Assembly: GCA_963662545.2 (NCBI GenBank) | Contig: CAXXLL010000002.1 | Coordinates: 2,272,001-2,336,000 of the forward strand | Source: Gammaproteobacteria bacterium | GTDB taxonomy: Bacteria; Pseudomonadota; Gammaproteobacteria; Ga0077536 | Direction: 5' to 3' | DNA: 64,000 bases | Part shown: piece after piece, positions 10,022 through 20,149 of the stretch | How the letters are laid out: every line of letters begins with the position of its first letter | How positions within the stretch are numbered: position 1 is the first letter of the stretch | The notes under the pieces: generated by a model | Seen by the model: the letters and a program-made list of their open reading frames with translations, nothing else | What the model was told of the DNA's origin: nothing | Databases searched by the model: none | Program-made: the position numbers and the translations under genes

Positions 10022-10972
10022 GTGAGCGCATCGCTAGCAAACGAAGCGGCGACGGTGCCGGACATCGAACGCGTCGAACCCCAACTGCGCGAGCTAATGA
10101 GCCTCGCGGCATATGCCGCGGCGCTGCCGTCCTGGTCCCGATCCATTCGTGCGACCCAGAGCGGACAGTATCTCTCAACCCTGCGTGGGCGCGGCATGGA
10201 ATATGACGAATCACGACCTTACCAGCCGGGAGACGACGTCCGCCTGCTCGACTGGCGCGTGACCGCGCGCACCGGTAAACCGCACACGAAGCTGTTTCGC
10301 GAGGAACGCGAACGCCCGGTGTTTCTCTGTGTCGACTATCGGCGCGGTATGTTCTTCGCTACGCGCGGCGTATTCAAGGCGGTCCAGGCCGCGCGCACGG
10401 CGAGCGTGCTCGCCTGGCGTGCGCAGCTGAACGGCGACCGTGTCGGCGGCCTGGTGTTCGCGGACGGCGAACATCATGAATTACCGCCACGGCGCGGCAA
10501 AACGGCAGCTATTCAGTGGATAAAGCTGCTTTGTGAACAGGCCCCAAAGGTTCGCACCGCGGCAACAGCGGACGGTATCGATCGCACGCTCGCGGACGCC
10601 ATGACGCGCCTCAGGCGCATTGCCAAGCCCGGCAGCCTGATCTTTTTGGTGAGTGATTTCCGCGCCTTCAACGATCATTGCAAAGCCGAACTCGTACGCC
10701 TCGCTGGACATACCGACATCGCCTTGATCGCGATCCACGATCCGCTCGAAGCCCGGCTCCCGGCGCTGCACGAAGCCGCGTCGGTCAGCGATGGCCACCG
10801 CACCGTTCGCCTCGCCGGTATCACCACCCGTCAGCGTGCACATTACGCCGAGCAGTTTGCGCGGCGGATCGAAGCCGTCAGGCAGCACTGCCGCGATCAC
10901 CGGCTGCTTTTTACGACGATCGATACCACCGCCGACCCTATCGCGGCGCTGGTCAAGCTGCTGGGCGGTTGA
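10022..10972 (+). CDS. DUF58 domain protein
   Basis: GRGMEYDESRPYQPGDDVR..DWRVTAR and LVSDF. Follows moxR. Confidence 0.92.
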   Translation: MSASLANEAATVPDIERVEPQLRELMSLAAYAAALPSWSRSIRATQSGQYLSTLRGRGMEYDESRPYQPGDDVRLLDWRVTARTGKPHTKLFREERERPVFLCVDYRRGMFFATRGVFKAVQAARTASVLAWRAQLNGDRVGGLVFADGEHHELPPRRGKTAAIQWIKLLCEQAPKVRTAATADGIDRTLADAMTRLRRIAKPGSLIFLVSDFRAFNDHCKAELVRLAGHTDIALIAIHDPLEARLPALHEAASVSDGHRTVRLAGITTRQRAHYAEQFARRIEAVRQHCRDHRLLFTTIDTTADPIAALVKLLGG

Positions 10973-10977
10973 ACGGC

Positions 10978-11499
10978 ATGGATCCGGAGACGCTGCCGCT
11001 CAGAGACATTCACCTGCCGGCGCCCATCACCTGGTGGCCGCCGGCGCCGGGTTGGTTGATCGCGGCCGGCTTACTGGCGCTCATCGCCTGCGCGTCGCTG
11101 ATCGCCTGGCGGCGTCGTGTCCGTTTACGGGCACAGCGCGCGGCCCTGCGGGAACTCGATCGCATCACTGCCCGTTACACCGTAAGCGGCGATGGACACA
11201 CGTGTGCGCGGAGCCTTTCTCGGCTTGCACGGCGGATCACGCTCGTGTACGCCGGGCGAAAGGCGACGGCCGCCACCGGTCTTGAGTGGCTGGCTGTCAT
11301 TCGAAATCTCAGCAGCGACGAGGACGTCACCGAAACCCTGATACAGATTCTCCAAACCGCACCCTATTCAAAAACGGCTGCCGAGCAACTGCCGGCCAAG
11401 GACTACCGCGCGGCCGCGGACGCTATGCGAACGTGGCTCCGCGCATTGCCGAAGCGGGTGCGAACACTGGCACGTTCGGACAGACATGCTGCAGTTTGA
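10978..11499 (+). CDS. DUF4381 domain membrane protein
   Basis: MDPETLPLRDIHLPAPITWWPPAPGW signature. ATG at 10978. Confidence 0.88.
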   Translation: MDPETLPLRDIHLPAPITWWPPAPGWLIAAGLLALIACASLIAWRRRVRLRAQRAALRELDRITARYTVSGDGHTCARSLSRLARRITLVYAGRKATAATGLEWLAVIRNLSSDEDVTETLIQILQTAPYSKTAAEQLPAKDYRAAADAMRTWLRALPKRVRTLARSDRHAAV

Positions 11500-12481
11500 A
11501 TGGCCCTGGGTTTTCGCGGTGCTGCCGCTGCCGTGGCTGATCCGGCGCTTGCTGCCAGCCGCCACCACCGTGCGCGGCGCCCCGCTGCGGGTACCGGCCC
11601 TCGAAGATTTTCAATTCCTGGTCGATCCAGGGACCGCCGCCGGCTGGCGGGCGAGCATCGCGGCCTGCGCGCTCGCCTGGATCCTGCTCGTGACCAGCGC
11701 GGCGCGGCCCCAATGGCTCGGCGATGCGATCGAAGTGCCGGTCAACGGTCGCGACCTCATGTTGGCCGTCGATCTCTCCGAAAGTATGCGCGAAACGGAT
11801 TTCGTGTTGAACAGCCGCCCGGTCGATCGCTTGACCGCCACGAAGATCGTCGCGCGGGACTTCATCGACCGGCGGGTCGGCGATCGATTAGGCCTCATCC
11901 TGTTCGGCCAGCAGGCGTATCTGCACGTGCCGCTTACCTTCGATCGCAGCACCGTGCAGCAGCTTCTAGATGAAGCTGTGATCGGCATCGCCGGTCGACA
12001 GACAGCCATCGGCGACGCCTTGGGTCTGGCGGTAAAGCGCCTGCGGGGCGAAGAAACGCCGCATAAAGTGCTCATATTAATGACCGACGGACACAATACC
12101 GCGGGCGTGATCGAACCGTTGCGCGCGGCCGAACTCGCGGCCGAAGCAGGACTCACCGTGCATACCATCGGCATCGGCGCGAACGAATCCATCCAACGCG
12201 GCTTTTTCGGCTCGGTCAGGATCAACCCGTCCGCCGATCTCGACGAGGAAACACTCAAAGCCATCGCCGCGAAGACCGGGGGGCGCTACTTCCGCGCGTA
12301 CGACACGCGGAAATTTCAGGAGATATACACCGAACTCGACAAACTCGAGCCGATCGAGCACGGCGGTGAGCACTTTCGCCCGACCGCGCCGCTGTTTTTC
12401 TGGCCACTGGGGCTGGCGTTCGCCTGCACTGCCGCAACGCTGGTCTTGCGCGGGCGCAGCACGCGCGCAATGGCGCAATGA
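11486..12481 (+). CDS. vWA domain protein (BatA-like)
   Basis: ARPQW, MIDAS DLSESM, TAIGDA, LMTDG. Confidence 0.92.
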   Translation: MLQFEWPWVFAVLPLPWLIRRLLPAATTVRGAPLRVPALEDFQFLVDPGTAAGWRASIAACALAWILLVTSAARPQWLGDAIEVPVNGRDLMLAVDLSESMRETDFVLNSRPVDRLTATKIVARDFIDRRVGDRLGLILFGQQAYLHVPLTFDRSTVQQLLDEAVIGIAGRQTAIGDALGLAVKRLRGEETPHKVLILMTDGHNTAGVIEPLRAAELAAEAGLTVHTIGIGANESIQRGFFGSVRINPSADLDEETLKAIAAKTGGRYFRAYDTRKFQEIYTELDKLEPIEHGGEHFRPTAPLFFWPLGLAFACTAATLVLRGRSTRAMAQ

Positions 12482-12494
12482 TGGATGCCGCTTG

Positions 12495-14288
12495 ATGGAA
12501 GAATTCCACTTTCTGCGACCCTTGTGGCTGACCGGCCTCGTGCCGTTCTGGTTCATCGTGTGGCGGACCCTGCGATCGTCACACCTCGGTGGGGCGTGGT
12601 CGCGTGCCTGTGACGCAGCGCTTTTGCCATTCGTCCTCAAGACGCAGCCCGTGGGCAGCGGCAGTTTTGCTGGCATCGGAGCGACCCTGGCGGGCACGCT
12701 CGCGATCATTGCGCTGGCGGGCCCCGTGTGGGAGCGCCTGCCGGTTCCGGTATTTCGTGGAGATTCCGCGCTGGTCATTGCGCTCGATCTCTCGCGTTCG
12801 ATGACCGCCGAAGACCAAGCGCCGTCGCGGCTCCAACGGGCCAAATTCAGGATCGCCGACATCCTGCGGTTACGAACCACGGGGCAGACGGCGCTGGTCG
12901 TATTCGCCGCGCAGAGTTTTATCGTCACTCCGCTGACCGACGACACGGAAACGATCGCCGCCCAACTACAGGCACTCGATACCGAAATCATGCCGAAACA
13001 GGGCAGCGAACCCGCCGGTGCACTAGCGCAAGCCGATCAATTGCTGCTGCAGGCAGGTATTCCACGCGGCCACGTGTTGCTGATTACCGATGGTGCCGAT
13101 CCGGCGGCGCTGGAACGCGCACACAAGCGCCTCGCTTCGATGCGCCATCGCCTGAGCGTGCTCGGCGTGGGCACGGCCGAAGGCGCGCCTATCCCTGATC
13201 AGTCGGGTGGCTTTTTGAGGAATTCCGACGGCGAGATAATCGTAAGCCGGCTGGCGTCTTCGGAACTCGGGCGACTCGCGCGGGCGGGCGGCGGCATCTA
13301 CCTGGAAGTCACGGCCGACGACAGCGACTTGACGCGCCTCAATAGTCTCCTCGACGCCGATCTCGACGCCGACGTTCAGCGGCTGGAGGAATTGGCGTCG
13401 AGCCAGTGGCGTGAATTCGGGCCGTGGCTGCTACTACCCCTGTTGCCGCTCGCCGCGCTGGGATTCAGGCGTGGGATCCTCGTCCTCGCCGTTGCCCTCA
13501 TGGCACCCACCCTACCGCGGGAGGCCCTCGCCAACTGGTGGCAGACGCCGGACCAGGCCGCCTACGAAGCCTTCGACGAGGGCGCCTACGCGTCGGCCGC
13601 AAAGACTTTCGAGAACGACCGCTGGCGAGGCGCGGCGCACTACCGCGCCGGCGCTTTTGAGGATGCCGTCCAGGCACTGTCCAATCTCGACGATATTGAG
13701 GCGCATTACAACCTTGGCAACGCCCTGGCCAAGGTCGGGCGCTTTGCGGAAGCGATCGCCGCTTATGAGGCGGCGATCGCAAAAGCCGCTGATCACGAAG
13801 ACGCGGCGTACAACAAAGCTTTGCTCGAGAAACTGCTCGCCGAAGAAGCATCCGATCAGCAGAATTCGAACGATCAGGACAATGGCAGCGAAGACGATGG
13901 GGAGCAAAACCAGGGTGCCCAGCAGGATGGCGGTCAACACGGCGAAGCGACCGAGCCCGATCTAAGTTCGACCAGTGACGCCGATGGCGAGAATACCGAC
14001 GCGACAGAACCGAACGACATGGCCAAGGAGGAAGAGGATTCCGCAGCCGCGGAAGCCGCTGCACAACGCGAAGAACGGGCCGACGAGGAGAAGGACGAGG
14101 AGGAACAACGAACGAGCCGAACGCAACTGGCAGAAGGCGAGAGTGAATCGGACGCGGAGCGCGCACAGGCGACCGAGCAATGGCTGCGCCGGATCCCGGA
14201 CGATCCCGCCGGCCTGCTGCGGCGCAAGTTCCAGTATCAGTACAAGCGCCTCTACGGCGACGCCCCGTACCAGGGGGATCAATGGTAA
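12495..14288 (+). CDS. vWA + TPR protein (BatB/BatC-like fusion)
   Basis: FHFLRPLWL, DLSRSM, TPR YNLGNALA, acidic linker, QWLRRIPDDPAGLLRRKF. Confidence 0.9.
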   Translation: MEEFHFLRPLWLTGLVPFWFIVWRTLRSSHLGGAWSRACDAALLPFVLKTQPVGSGSFAGIGATLAGTLAIIALAGPVWERLPVPVFRGDSALVIALDLSRSMTAEDQAPSRLQRAKFRIADILRLRTTGQTALVVFAAQSFIVTPLTDDTETIAAQLQALDTEIMPKQGSEPAGALAQADQLLLQAGIPRGHVLLITDGADPAALERAHKRLASMRHRLSVLGVGTAEGAPIPDQSGGFLRNSDGEIIVSRLASSELGRLARAGGGIYLEVTADDSDLTRLNSLLDADLDADVQRLEELASSQWREFGPWLLLPLLPLAALGFRRGILVLAVALMAPTLPREALANWWQTPDQAAYEAFDEGAYASAAKTFENDRWRGAAHYRAGAFEDAVQALSNLDDIEAHYNLGNALAKVGRFAEAIAAYEAAIAKAADHEDAAYNKALLEKLLAEEASDQQNSNDQDNGSEDDGEQNQGAQQDGGQHGEATEPDLSSTSDADGENTDATEPNDMAKEEEDSAAAEAAAQREERADEEKDEEEQRTSRTQLAEGESESDAERAQATEQWLRRIPDDPAGLLRRKFQYQYKRLYGDAPYQGDQW

Positions 14289-16009
14289 GCCGCATCCATA
14301 TCACACTCGCATTGGCAGCTTGGCTTATCGCCCTTCAGGCTGCGGAGATCGAACTCGACGTTACGCCGGATCCGCTCGTCATGGACGAGTCGTTCCAATT
14401 GCGCTTTCGGGTGACCGGAGAGGCCGAGCGCAATCCCGACTTCGCCCCGCTCGAAGTACTCTTCACCCTCATCGGCCGCAATCGGCAGACCTCCATCAAA
14501 TGGGTCAACGGGCGACGCGAGCAGACCACCTCGTGGATCATCAACGCGATGCCACGGCATACCGGCGAGGTCGAGATCCCTTCGATCAGGTTTGGCTCTG
14601 ACCGCAGCCCCACGCGCAAGATCACCGTCATCGCCTCTTCCAGTGCGCCGGTCGACAGCGACGCTAAGATCATCCTGCAGGTCGAGGCGACACCGCGAAA
14701 CCCGTACGTGCAGCAACAGGTGATCTATACGTTCCGGCTGCTGCACCGGGTTGAACTCGGAAACCCGCGTTTTTCATCGATCACGACCAGCGCCGACGCC
14801 ATCATCAAACCGCTCGGCACGGGTCGGCAGTTCATCCACAAAGTCAAGGGCCGCAGCTACGAAGCTTTCGAGCAGCGCTACGCGATTTTCCCACAGAAAA
14901 GCGGACCTTTGACCATCCATCCGCTGGTGCTGACGACGCAGATGCGTGCCGGCAAGCGCAATTTCTCGGATCTCTTCGCACGCGCCCTCACCACCAAGCG
15001 TGTCGAATCCGACGCCGTCGAGCTCGACGTACGGCCGGTCCCTGCCGTTTTTCCGGACCACGCGACCTGGCTGCCCGCCCGGCGGCTGCGCCTCTACGAG
15101 GAATGGGAGCCCGACGTCGAGGAGGCGGAGATCGGCGCGCCGCTGTCGCGTACGATCTTCCTCTGGGCCGAGGGCCTCGTCAGCGGCCAGGTTCCGTTGG
15201 TCGAATTCGACGCGCCGCCCGGGATCAAGGTCTACCCGGATAAACCACAAAGCAACGACCAGGATACGCCGAGCGGTTTTACCATGGTGCTGCAGGAAAA
15301 GTTCGCCTTCATTCCAGGCCGCCCGGGTACGGTGCGGTTCGAGCCTCTACGCGTGCCGTGGTGGAACATAGAGACAGACCAGATGGAGACTGCGGAGCTT
15401 CCCGAGCGTACCCTTAGAGTCGCGGGTGCTGCACTTGCGGCGGGCCGAGTTCAGTCAACGCCGATCCCGGAGCCCGCCGTGGAACAAACCGTTGCAGCTG
15501 CCCCTAGGTTACCCGCGGTACGGGCCAGTGTTTGGTTTTGGATCGCATGCGCACTCGGTGCCGGCTGGCTCGCTACACTCGGATTGTGGTTTTTAAAGTC
15601 GCGGCGGGTCACGCAGGTAGGAGCTCTCGAGCAGTCCGCGCCGCCGCCGCGCCGCGCCGCGGCCGTGCGTGATTTGAAGACGGCTTGCCGGGCGGATGAC
15701 CCGTGCGGGGCACGTGCGGCGCTGATGAACTGGTCGACAACGGTCTTCGGAGCCACCCCGGGCTCATCCGATGCCATAAAAGCTCCCGGCCCGGCGCCCC
15801 TGAACTTACGGAGCTTGGCGCTGCGCTTGAAAGGCGACCTGGGCAGCGAAATCAACCGGCTGGAACAGCAGCTATACGGCCAGGTGGACACCGACTGGCG
15901 CGGCAGGGCGCTGTGGGATGCGTTTCGCCGCCACCGGTCGCCCACAGCACCGGGCACTAGCCGCTCGGACGACCCGCTGCCCCCAATCTTCAAGTTAGCG
16001 GAACAATAG
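14282..16009 (+). CDS. BatD-family protein
   Basis: Signal peptide, PYVQQQV, RYAIFPQKSG, WLPA and VPWWN motifs. Last gene of the operon. Confidence 0.88.
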   Translation: MVSRIHITLALAAWLIALQAAEIELDVTPDPLVMDESFQLRFRVTGEAERNPDFAPLEVLFTLIGRNRQTSIKWVNGRREQTTSWIINAMPRHTGEVEIPSIRFGSDRSPTRKITVIASSSAPVDSDAKIILQVEATPRNPYVQQQVIYTFRLLHRVELGNPRFSSITTSADAIIKPLGTGRQFIHKVKGRSYEAFEQRYAIFPQKSGPLTIHPLVLTTQMRAGKRNFSDLFARALTTKRVESDAVELDVRPVPAVFPDHATWLPARRLRLYEEWEPDVEEAEIGAPLSRTIFLWAEGLVSGQVPLVEFDAPPGIKVYPDKPQSNDQDTPSGFTMVLQEKFAFIPGRPGTVRFEPLRVPWWNIETDQMETAELPERTLRVAGAALAAGRVQSTPIPEPAVEQTVAAAPRLPAVRASVWFWIACALGAGWLATLGLWFLKSRRVTQVGALEQSAPPPRRAAAVRDLKTACRADDPCGARAALMNWSTTVFGATPGSSDAIKAPGPAPLNLRSLALRLKGDLGSEINRLEQQLYGQVDTDWRGRALWDAFRRHRSPTAPGTSRSDDPLPPIFKLAEQ

Positions 16010-16151
16010 TAGGAAACTTGTCACAAATCCCTTCTAAAGTATTCTAGAATAGGCCGTTCGGACCCGAGGTGCTGCTACAACCAACTACACTCCGGATACT
16101 GCCCCAATAAAAAACGATCACGGGGCAGCCATGCGAGGAGGAACCGGCGGC

Positions 16152-18299
16152 ATGAATACAGCGGCGGCAGTGCTGGCTGTCGATGATAACGCTACGATTC
16201 GAAAAGCGATTTCCATGCGTCTCGGCGCGAAAGGCTTCGAGGTCGTCACCGCCCAGGACGGCCTCGAAGCGCTGAAACTCATCGGACAAAAGCGCTTCGA
16301 TCTCGTTCTTCTCGACCTGCAGATGCCCGAAATGCGGGGCGACGAAGTATTGCGTCGCGTTCGGCAGCAATATTCCGCCACCGAGCTGCCAGTCATCATT
16401 CTTGCGGCGAGTAGCGACAAGGCGGATATCAACCGCAGTCTCGAACTCGGCGCCAACGACTACATCATCAAACCCGGCGACCTGCCTATCCTGGTCGCGA
16501 GAATTCGCACCCAGCTAGCACTCAAGGATACCGTGGCCAAGCTTCGCGAGCACAGTGCGTTGATGCGCAAGGTGTTTTCCCTGGAAGCGGCGGGCGTGAA
16601 CGGCTACGCGGATGACACCGAGATACTGCTAGACGATATCGACGGCGTGCAAAGTATCCCGTTCGACTTGTTGCACGACAACATGCCCATGACCTGCTTC
16701 ACCTTGACCAGCGACGGCAACATCATCAACACCAACCGCTTCGGCGCGCAGTTTCTGGGCTACAGCGCCGATGAGATCGTCAAGCGCCCCCTCCTCGATC
16801 TCTACGTTGCCGACGACCGCGGGCTGGCACAGGAAAACCTGGCCGGCGCGGTCGACATGCCCGGGGCCGTGCAACGCTGGGACATCCGCCACATCAAGAA
16901 GAACGGCGACGTCATCTGGATGCGGAACACGGCGCGTGCCGTGCGATACGGCCGGTCGCTGATCATTCTCGTCACCTGTGAGGATATCGACGACGCCTAC
17001 AAATTGAGTGAAATACTGTCGCTACAATCGCTGCACGACGAATTGACGGGCCTCGCCAACCGTAAGGCGCTCGAGCAACGCCTCAACCAGGTCATAGAAA
17101 GCGCGCAGACGGAGAAAACCAAACATTCGCTCGCCGTCATCGACCTCGACGAGTTCATGCTGATCAACGACGCTTGCGGTCACGAGGGCGGCGACGAGCT
17201 CCTGCGCCAGATCGCGAAGCTGCTGAAGTCGCTGGTGCGCACGCGCGATACCATCGCACGCATCGGTGCGGACGAATTCGGCGTACTGATGGAGGATTGC
17301 CCCACGGAAACGGCCCGCGAGGCCGCCGAAGACCTGCGACGGGCGATCGAATCGCACGCGTTCATCTGGAAAGGCCGCCGTTTCAAGGTTTCGGCCAGTC
17401 TCGGCACGGTCACCATCGACGAGTCCTGCGACACCACCGGCAGCGTGCTCAGTATGGCGGATACGGCGTGTTACGCAGCCAAGGATTCAGGGCGCAACCG
17501 CGTCCACACCTACCAACCGGACGATGCGCCGATCGCAGCCCGGCACGGGGAGAGGCGTTGGGCTGCGCGCATTTCCCAGGCCCTCGCCGAAGATCGCTTC
17601 GAGCTGAACCTGCAGCCGATCCGATCGCTGATCGCCGACGGAGAAGATCATTACGAGCTGCTGCTGCGCATGAGGGATGAAATGGGCGAGATCGTCATGC
17701 CGGGGGAATTCTTACCGGCCGCGGAACGCTACAATCTCGCCGATAGGCTCGACCGCTGGGTCATCGCCCGCGCCTTTGAGTGGTTACGCCAGCGCCCACC
17801 GGGTACGACTCAGCTGTGCTGCATCAATCTTTCGGGGCAGTCGATCGGCAACGACGGCGTACTCGAATTCATATTCGATCAATTCGACAGCGGCGCTGCT
17901 GCCCCGCACGAAGTGTGCTTCGAAATCACGGAAACGGCGGCGATCGCCGATCTGGTGAGCGCCACGCGGTTCATGCAGCAGCTCAAGGAACGCGGTTGCC
18001 GCTTCTCGCTCGACGATTTTGGCAGCGGTTTCTCCTCACTCGCTTACTTGAAACAACTGCCGGTCGATTTTCTAAAGATCGACGGCGCGTTCGTGCGGGA
18101 CATGGCTAATGACTCCATCGACTGCGCCATGGTTCGATCGATCAACGAGATCGGCCATGTCATGGGGAAACGGACGATTGCCGAATTCGTCGAAGACAAT
18201 CGCACCTTAGACATGTTACGCGCAGTCGGCGTCGATTTCGTGCAGGGTTACGAGATCGGCCGCCCGGTGCCTTTGGACCAGTTCGAGGTTCACTTCTGA
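16152..18299 (+). CDS. REC-PAS-GGDEF-EAL c-di-GMP signalling protein
   Basis: Receiver (VDD, LLDLQMP, KP), PAS, HDELTGLANR, GADEF, ELLLR, DDFGSG, QGY. Confidence 0.92.
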   Translation: MNTAAAVLAVDDNATIRKAISMRLGAKGFEVVTAQDGLEALKLIGQKRFDLVLLDLQMPEMRGDEVLRRVRQQYSATELPVIILAASSDKADINRSLELGANDYIIKPGDLPILVARIRTQLALKDTVAKLREHSALMRKVFSLEAAGVNGYADDTEILLDDIDGVQSIPFDLLHDNMPMTCFTLTSDGNIINTNRFGAQFLGYSADEIVKRPLLDLYVADDRGLAQENLAGAVDMPGAVQRWDIRHIKKNGDVIWMRNTARAVRYGRSLIILVTCEDIDDAYKLSEILSLQSLHDELTGLANRKALEQRLNQVIESAQTEKTKHSLAVIDLDEFMLINDACGHEGGDELLRQIAKLLKSLVRTRDTIARIGADEFGVLMEDCPTETAREAAEDLRRAIESHAFIWKGRRFKVSASLGTVTIDESCDTTGSVLSMADTACYAAKDSGRNRVHTYQPDDAPIAARHGERRWAARISQALAEDRFELNLQPIRSLIADGEDHYELLLRMRDEMGEIVMPGEFLPAAERYNLADRLDRWVIARAFEWLRQRPPGTTQLCCINLSGQSIGNDGVLEFIFDQFDSGAAAPHEVCFEITETAAIADLVSATRFMQQLKERGCRFSLDDFGSGFSSLAYLKQLPVDFLKIDGAFVRDMANDSIDCAMVRSINEIGHVMGKRTIAEFVEDNRTLDMLRAVGVDFVQGYEIGRPVPLDQFEVHF

Positions 18300-18321
18300 A
18301 TCGTTGTTGGAGACATTTCAA

Positions 18322-18395
18322 TTCGCCCGCAAGCGGGCTCTTACGGAAGGCATACCGCGAACCCCTGCCCCCGTAGGAGCTCGCTAGCGGGCGAA
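18322..18395. repeat. Inverted pair of GTAG-type REP elements (REPIN-like)
   Basis: TTCGCCCGCAAGCGGGCTCTTAC ... GTAGGAGCTCGCTAGCGGGCGAA between convergent genes. Same unit at 31109-31169. Confidence 0.8.
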
Positions 18396-18440
18396 GGGCG
18401 CTTACCGTTGTAAACTGATCATGCGGAACGATCATTGAAG

Positions 18441-19037
18441 CTAGCCCCTCCCATCCCGGTCTGGGGTGTGGGTCAAATCGGACGGCTCGTCAATGTCGAG
18501 CAGCACGCCGGGGTCGTCCGTTTCGATCCATTGAACCTCGCCTGCATAGGACCGGAGAATCGAACGCGCACCCTCGTCGCCACTGAGTTCCAGTAGATCG
18601 GAACGAAATCGAGCGGGGAAAAGCACGGGATGGCCGGAGCGCTGACGGTATCTCGGCACGATGATGGCGTCGGCTTCATCGAAGCAACGGATCACCCGCT
18701 TTACCGTCGCCGTCTCGACGTGCGGCATATCGCCGAGCGCGACGATCCAGGCCCGCGCCTGCATACTGCGCCGTACGCCGCAGCGCACGCTATGCCCCAT
18801 ACCACGATGCGCGTCGGCACATTCGACGACCTCGAATCCGGCTTGCGAAAAGCACTCCCAAGTGGTGTCGTCGCCGGCGCGCGTGACGACCAGCAGCGAA
18901 TCGACGGCGTCGGCAATGCGTCGGGCTGCCTTGAGGCCCACGCATTCGTCGCCCGGCAAGCGCGCCAGCAACTTGTTGGCGCCGAACCGGCTGGCGCTGC
19001 CTCCGGCGAGTAGCAATCCCGTCAGTGCGTCGCCCAC
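18441..19037 (-). CDS. mocA: Molybdenum cofactor cytidylyltransferase-like nucleotidyltransferase
   Basis: LLLAGGSASRFGANKLL, LGDMP, GHPVLF, GDEGAR, DIDEPSDL. Confidence 0.85.
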   Translation of the reverse strand: MGDALTGLLLAGGSASRFGANKLLARLPGDECVGLKAARRIADAVDSLLVVTRAGDDTTWECFSQAGFEVVECADAHRGMGHSVRCGVRRSMQARAWIVALGDMPHVETATVKRVIRCFDEADAIIVPRYRQRSGHPVLFPARFRSDLLELSGDEGARSILRSYAGEVQWIETDDPGVLLDIDEPSDLTHTPDRDGRG

Positions 19038-19041
19038 ACCG

Positions 19042-19995
19042 TCACGCCGATGCGCGGTGAGTCACGATTTCGACGCCGTTGCGCGCGGCCGTGATGTCGA
19101 CCACGACCGCCAACGCGATTTCCTGCGGCCTGCGGGTGTTCAAATCGATGCCGATCGGACCCCGAATGCGGGTGATATCGGCCTCGCTAGCGCCGAAATG
19201 CTCCATCAATCGCTCCGCGCGGCGCTTCGTGGTGCCCGACGAACCCAAGGCCCCAATGTAGAAAGCCCGTGTTCGTAACGCCTCGATCATGGCGAGATCG
19301 TCGACTTTGGGATCGTGAGTCAGCGCGACGATGGCCGTCTGTTCGTCACAGTGTGCACCCGCAATGTGATCATCGGGGTACGCGCCTGTCACTTCGAAAT
19401 CGGCCAGACTCCATGCTTCACGATATTCGATACGCGGGTCACATACCTCGACAGCGTATTCGAGCTGTGCGGCGAAACGGCATACCCAGGACGCGAGTTC
19501 GCCGGCGCCGATGACCATTAAGCGCCATGCCGGTTCGTAGACGACTTTCAGGACCTTGTCGCTGAATTCTGTACGCTCGTCGGTGTCGGCAATCGACCAG
19601 CTTGCGGTCTGCCGCTCGAGATCGATGGACCGAACGATGCGCTGACCCGATCGCAGGACCTCGACGAGATCGGCAACGACCGACGCCTCGGTGATCGGTT
19701 CGAGCACCAGCAGCAATCGTCCGCCGCAGGGCAGCGTGCGGCTGGATTCCGAAGCGTATTCGATCGTTTCGATGCGGTTGGGAAACTGCCTCTGGATGCG
19801 TTCGATGAGTTCTTCCTCGATGCATCCGCCGGACACCGAACCTTCGAAGCGCGCGTTCTCGTTCAGCACCATTAATGCACCGGGTTGGCGTGGCGAAGAG
19901 CCCCAGGTATGTGCGACCGTCGCCAGCACAACCCGGTCGCCGCGTTCGAGCCACGCCAGACCGCGTTCGAGAATGTTCACTTCGCTACGGTGCAC
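19042..19995 (-). CDS. XdhC/CoxI-family molybdoenzyme accessory protein
   Basis: TWGSSPRQPGA, GSVSGGCIE, LPCGG, THDPKVDD, YIGALGS, GPIG. GTG start inferred. Confidence 0.9.
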   Translation of the reverse strand: MHRSEVNILERGLAWLERGDRVVLATVAHTWGSSPRQPGALMVLNENARFEGSVSGGCIEEELIERIQRQFPNRIETIEYASESSRTLPCGGRLLLVLEPITEASVVADLVEVLRSGQRIVRSIDLERQTASWSIADTDERTEFSDKVLKVVYEPAWRLMVIGAGELASWVCRFAAQLEYAVEVCDPRIEYREAWSLADFEVTGAYPDDHIAGAHCDEQTAIVALTHDPKVDDLAMIEALRTRAFYIGALGSSGTTKRRAERLMEHFGASEADITRIRGPIGIDLNTRRPQEIALAVVVDITAARNGVEIVTHRASA

Positions 19996-20149
19996 TGTGA
20001 TAGATCCCGCTTTTCGCCCGATCGATCCTCGAGTCGGCCGCAAGCCGGGCCACTATAGCCCAGCCCGACTTCTGCCGCGGGGCTTTTCCCGCATTGCCGA
20101 ACAACCGATACTAGATGCCACACCCGAACCCCTGATCCGCAGCACACTC

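Noticed and set aside
9011-16009. moxR-DUF58-DUF4381-bat operon as a novel system
   Set aside because: A widespread, well-known arrangement.
19691-20149. N-terminal extension of MlaF
   Set aside because: It overlaps xdhC antisense. The ABC domain starts after 20150.
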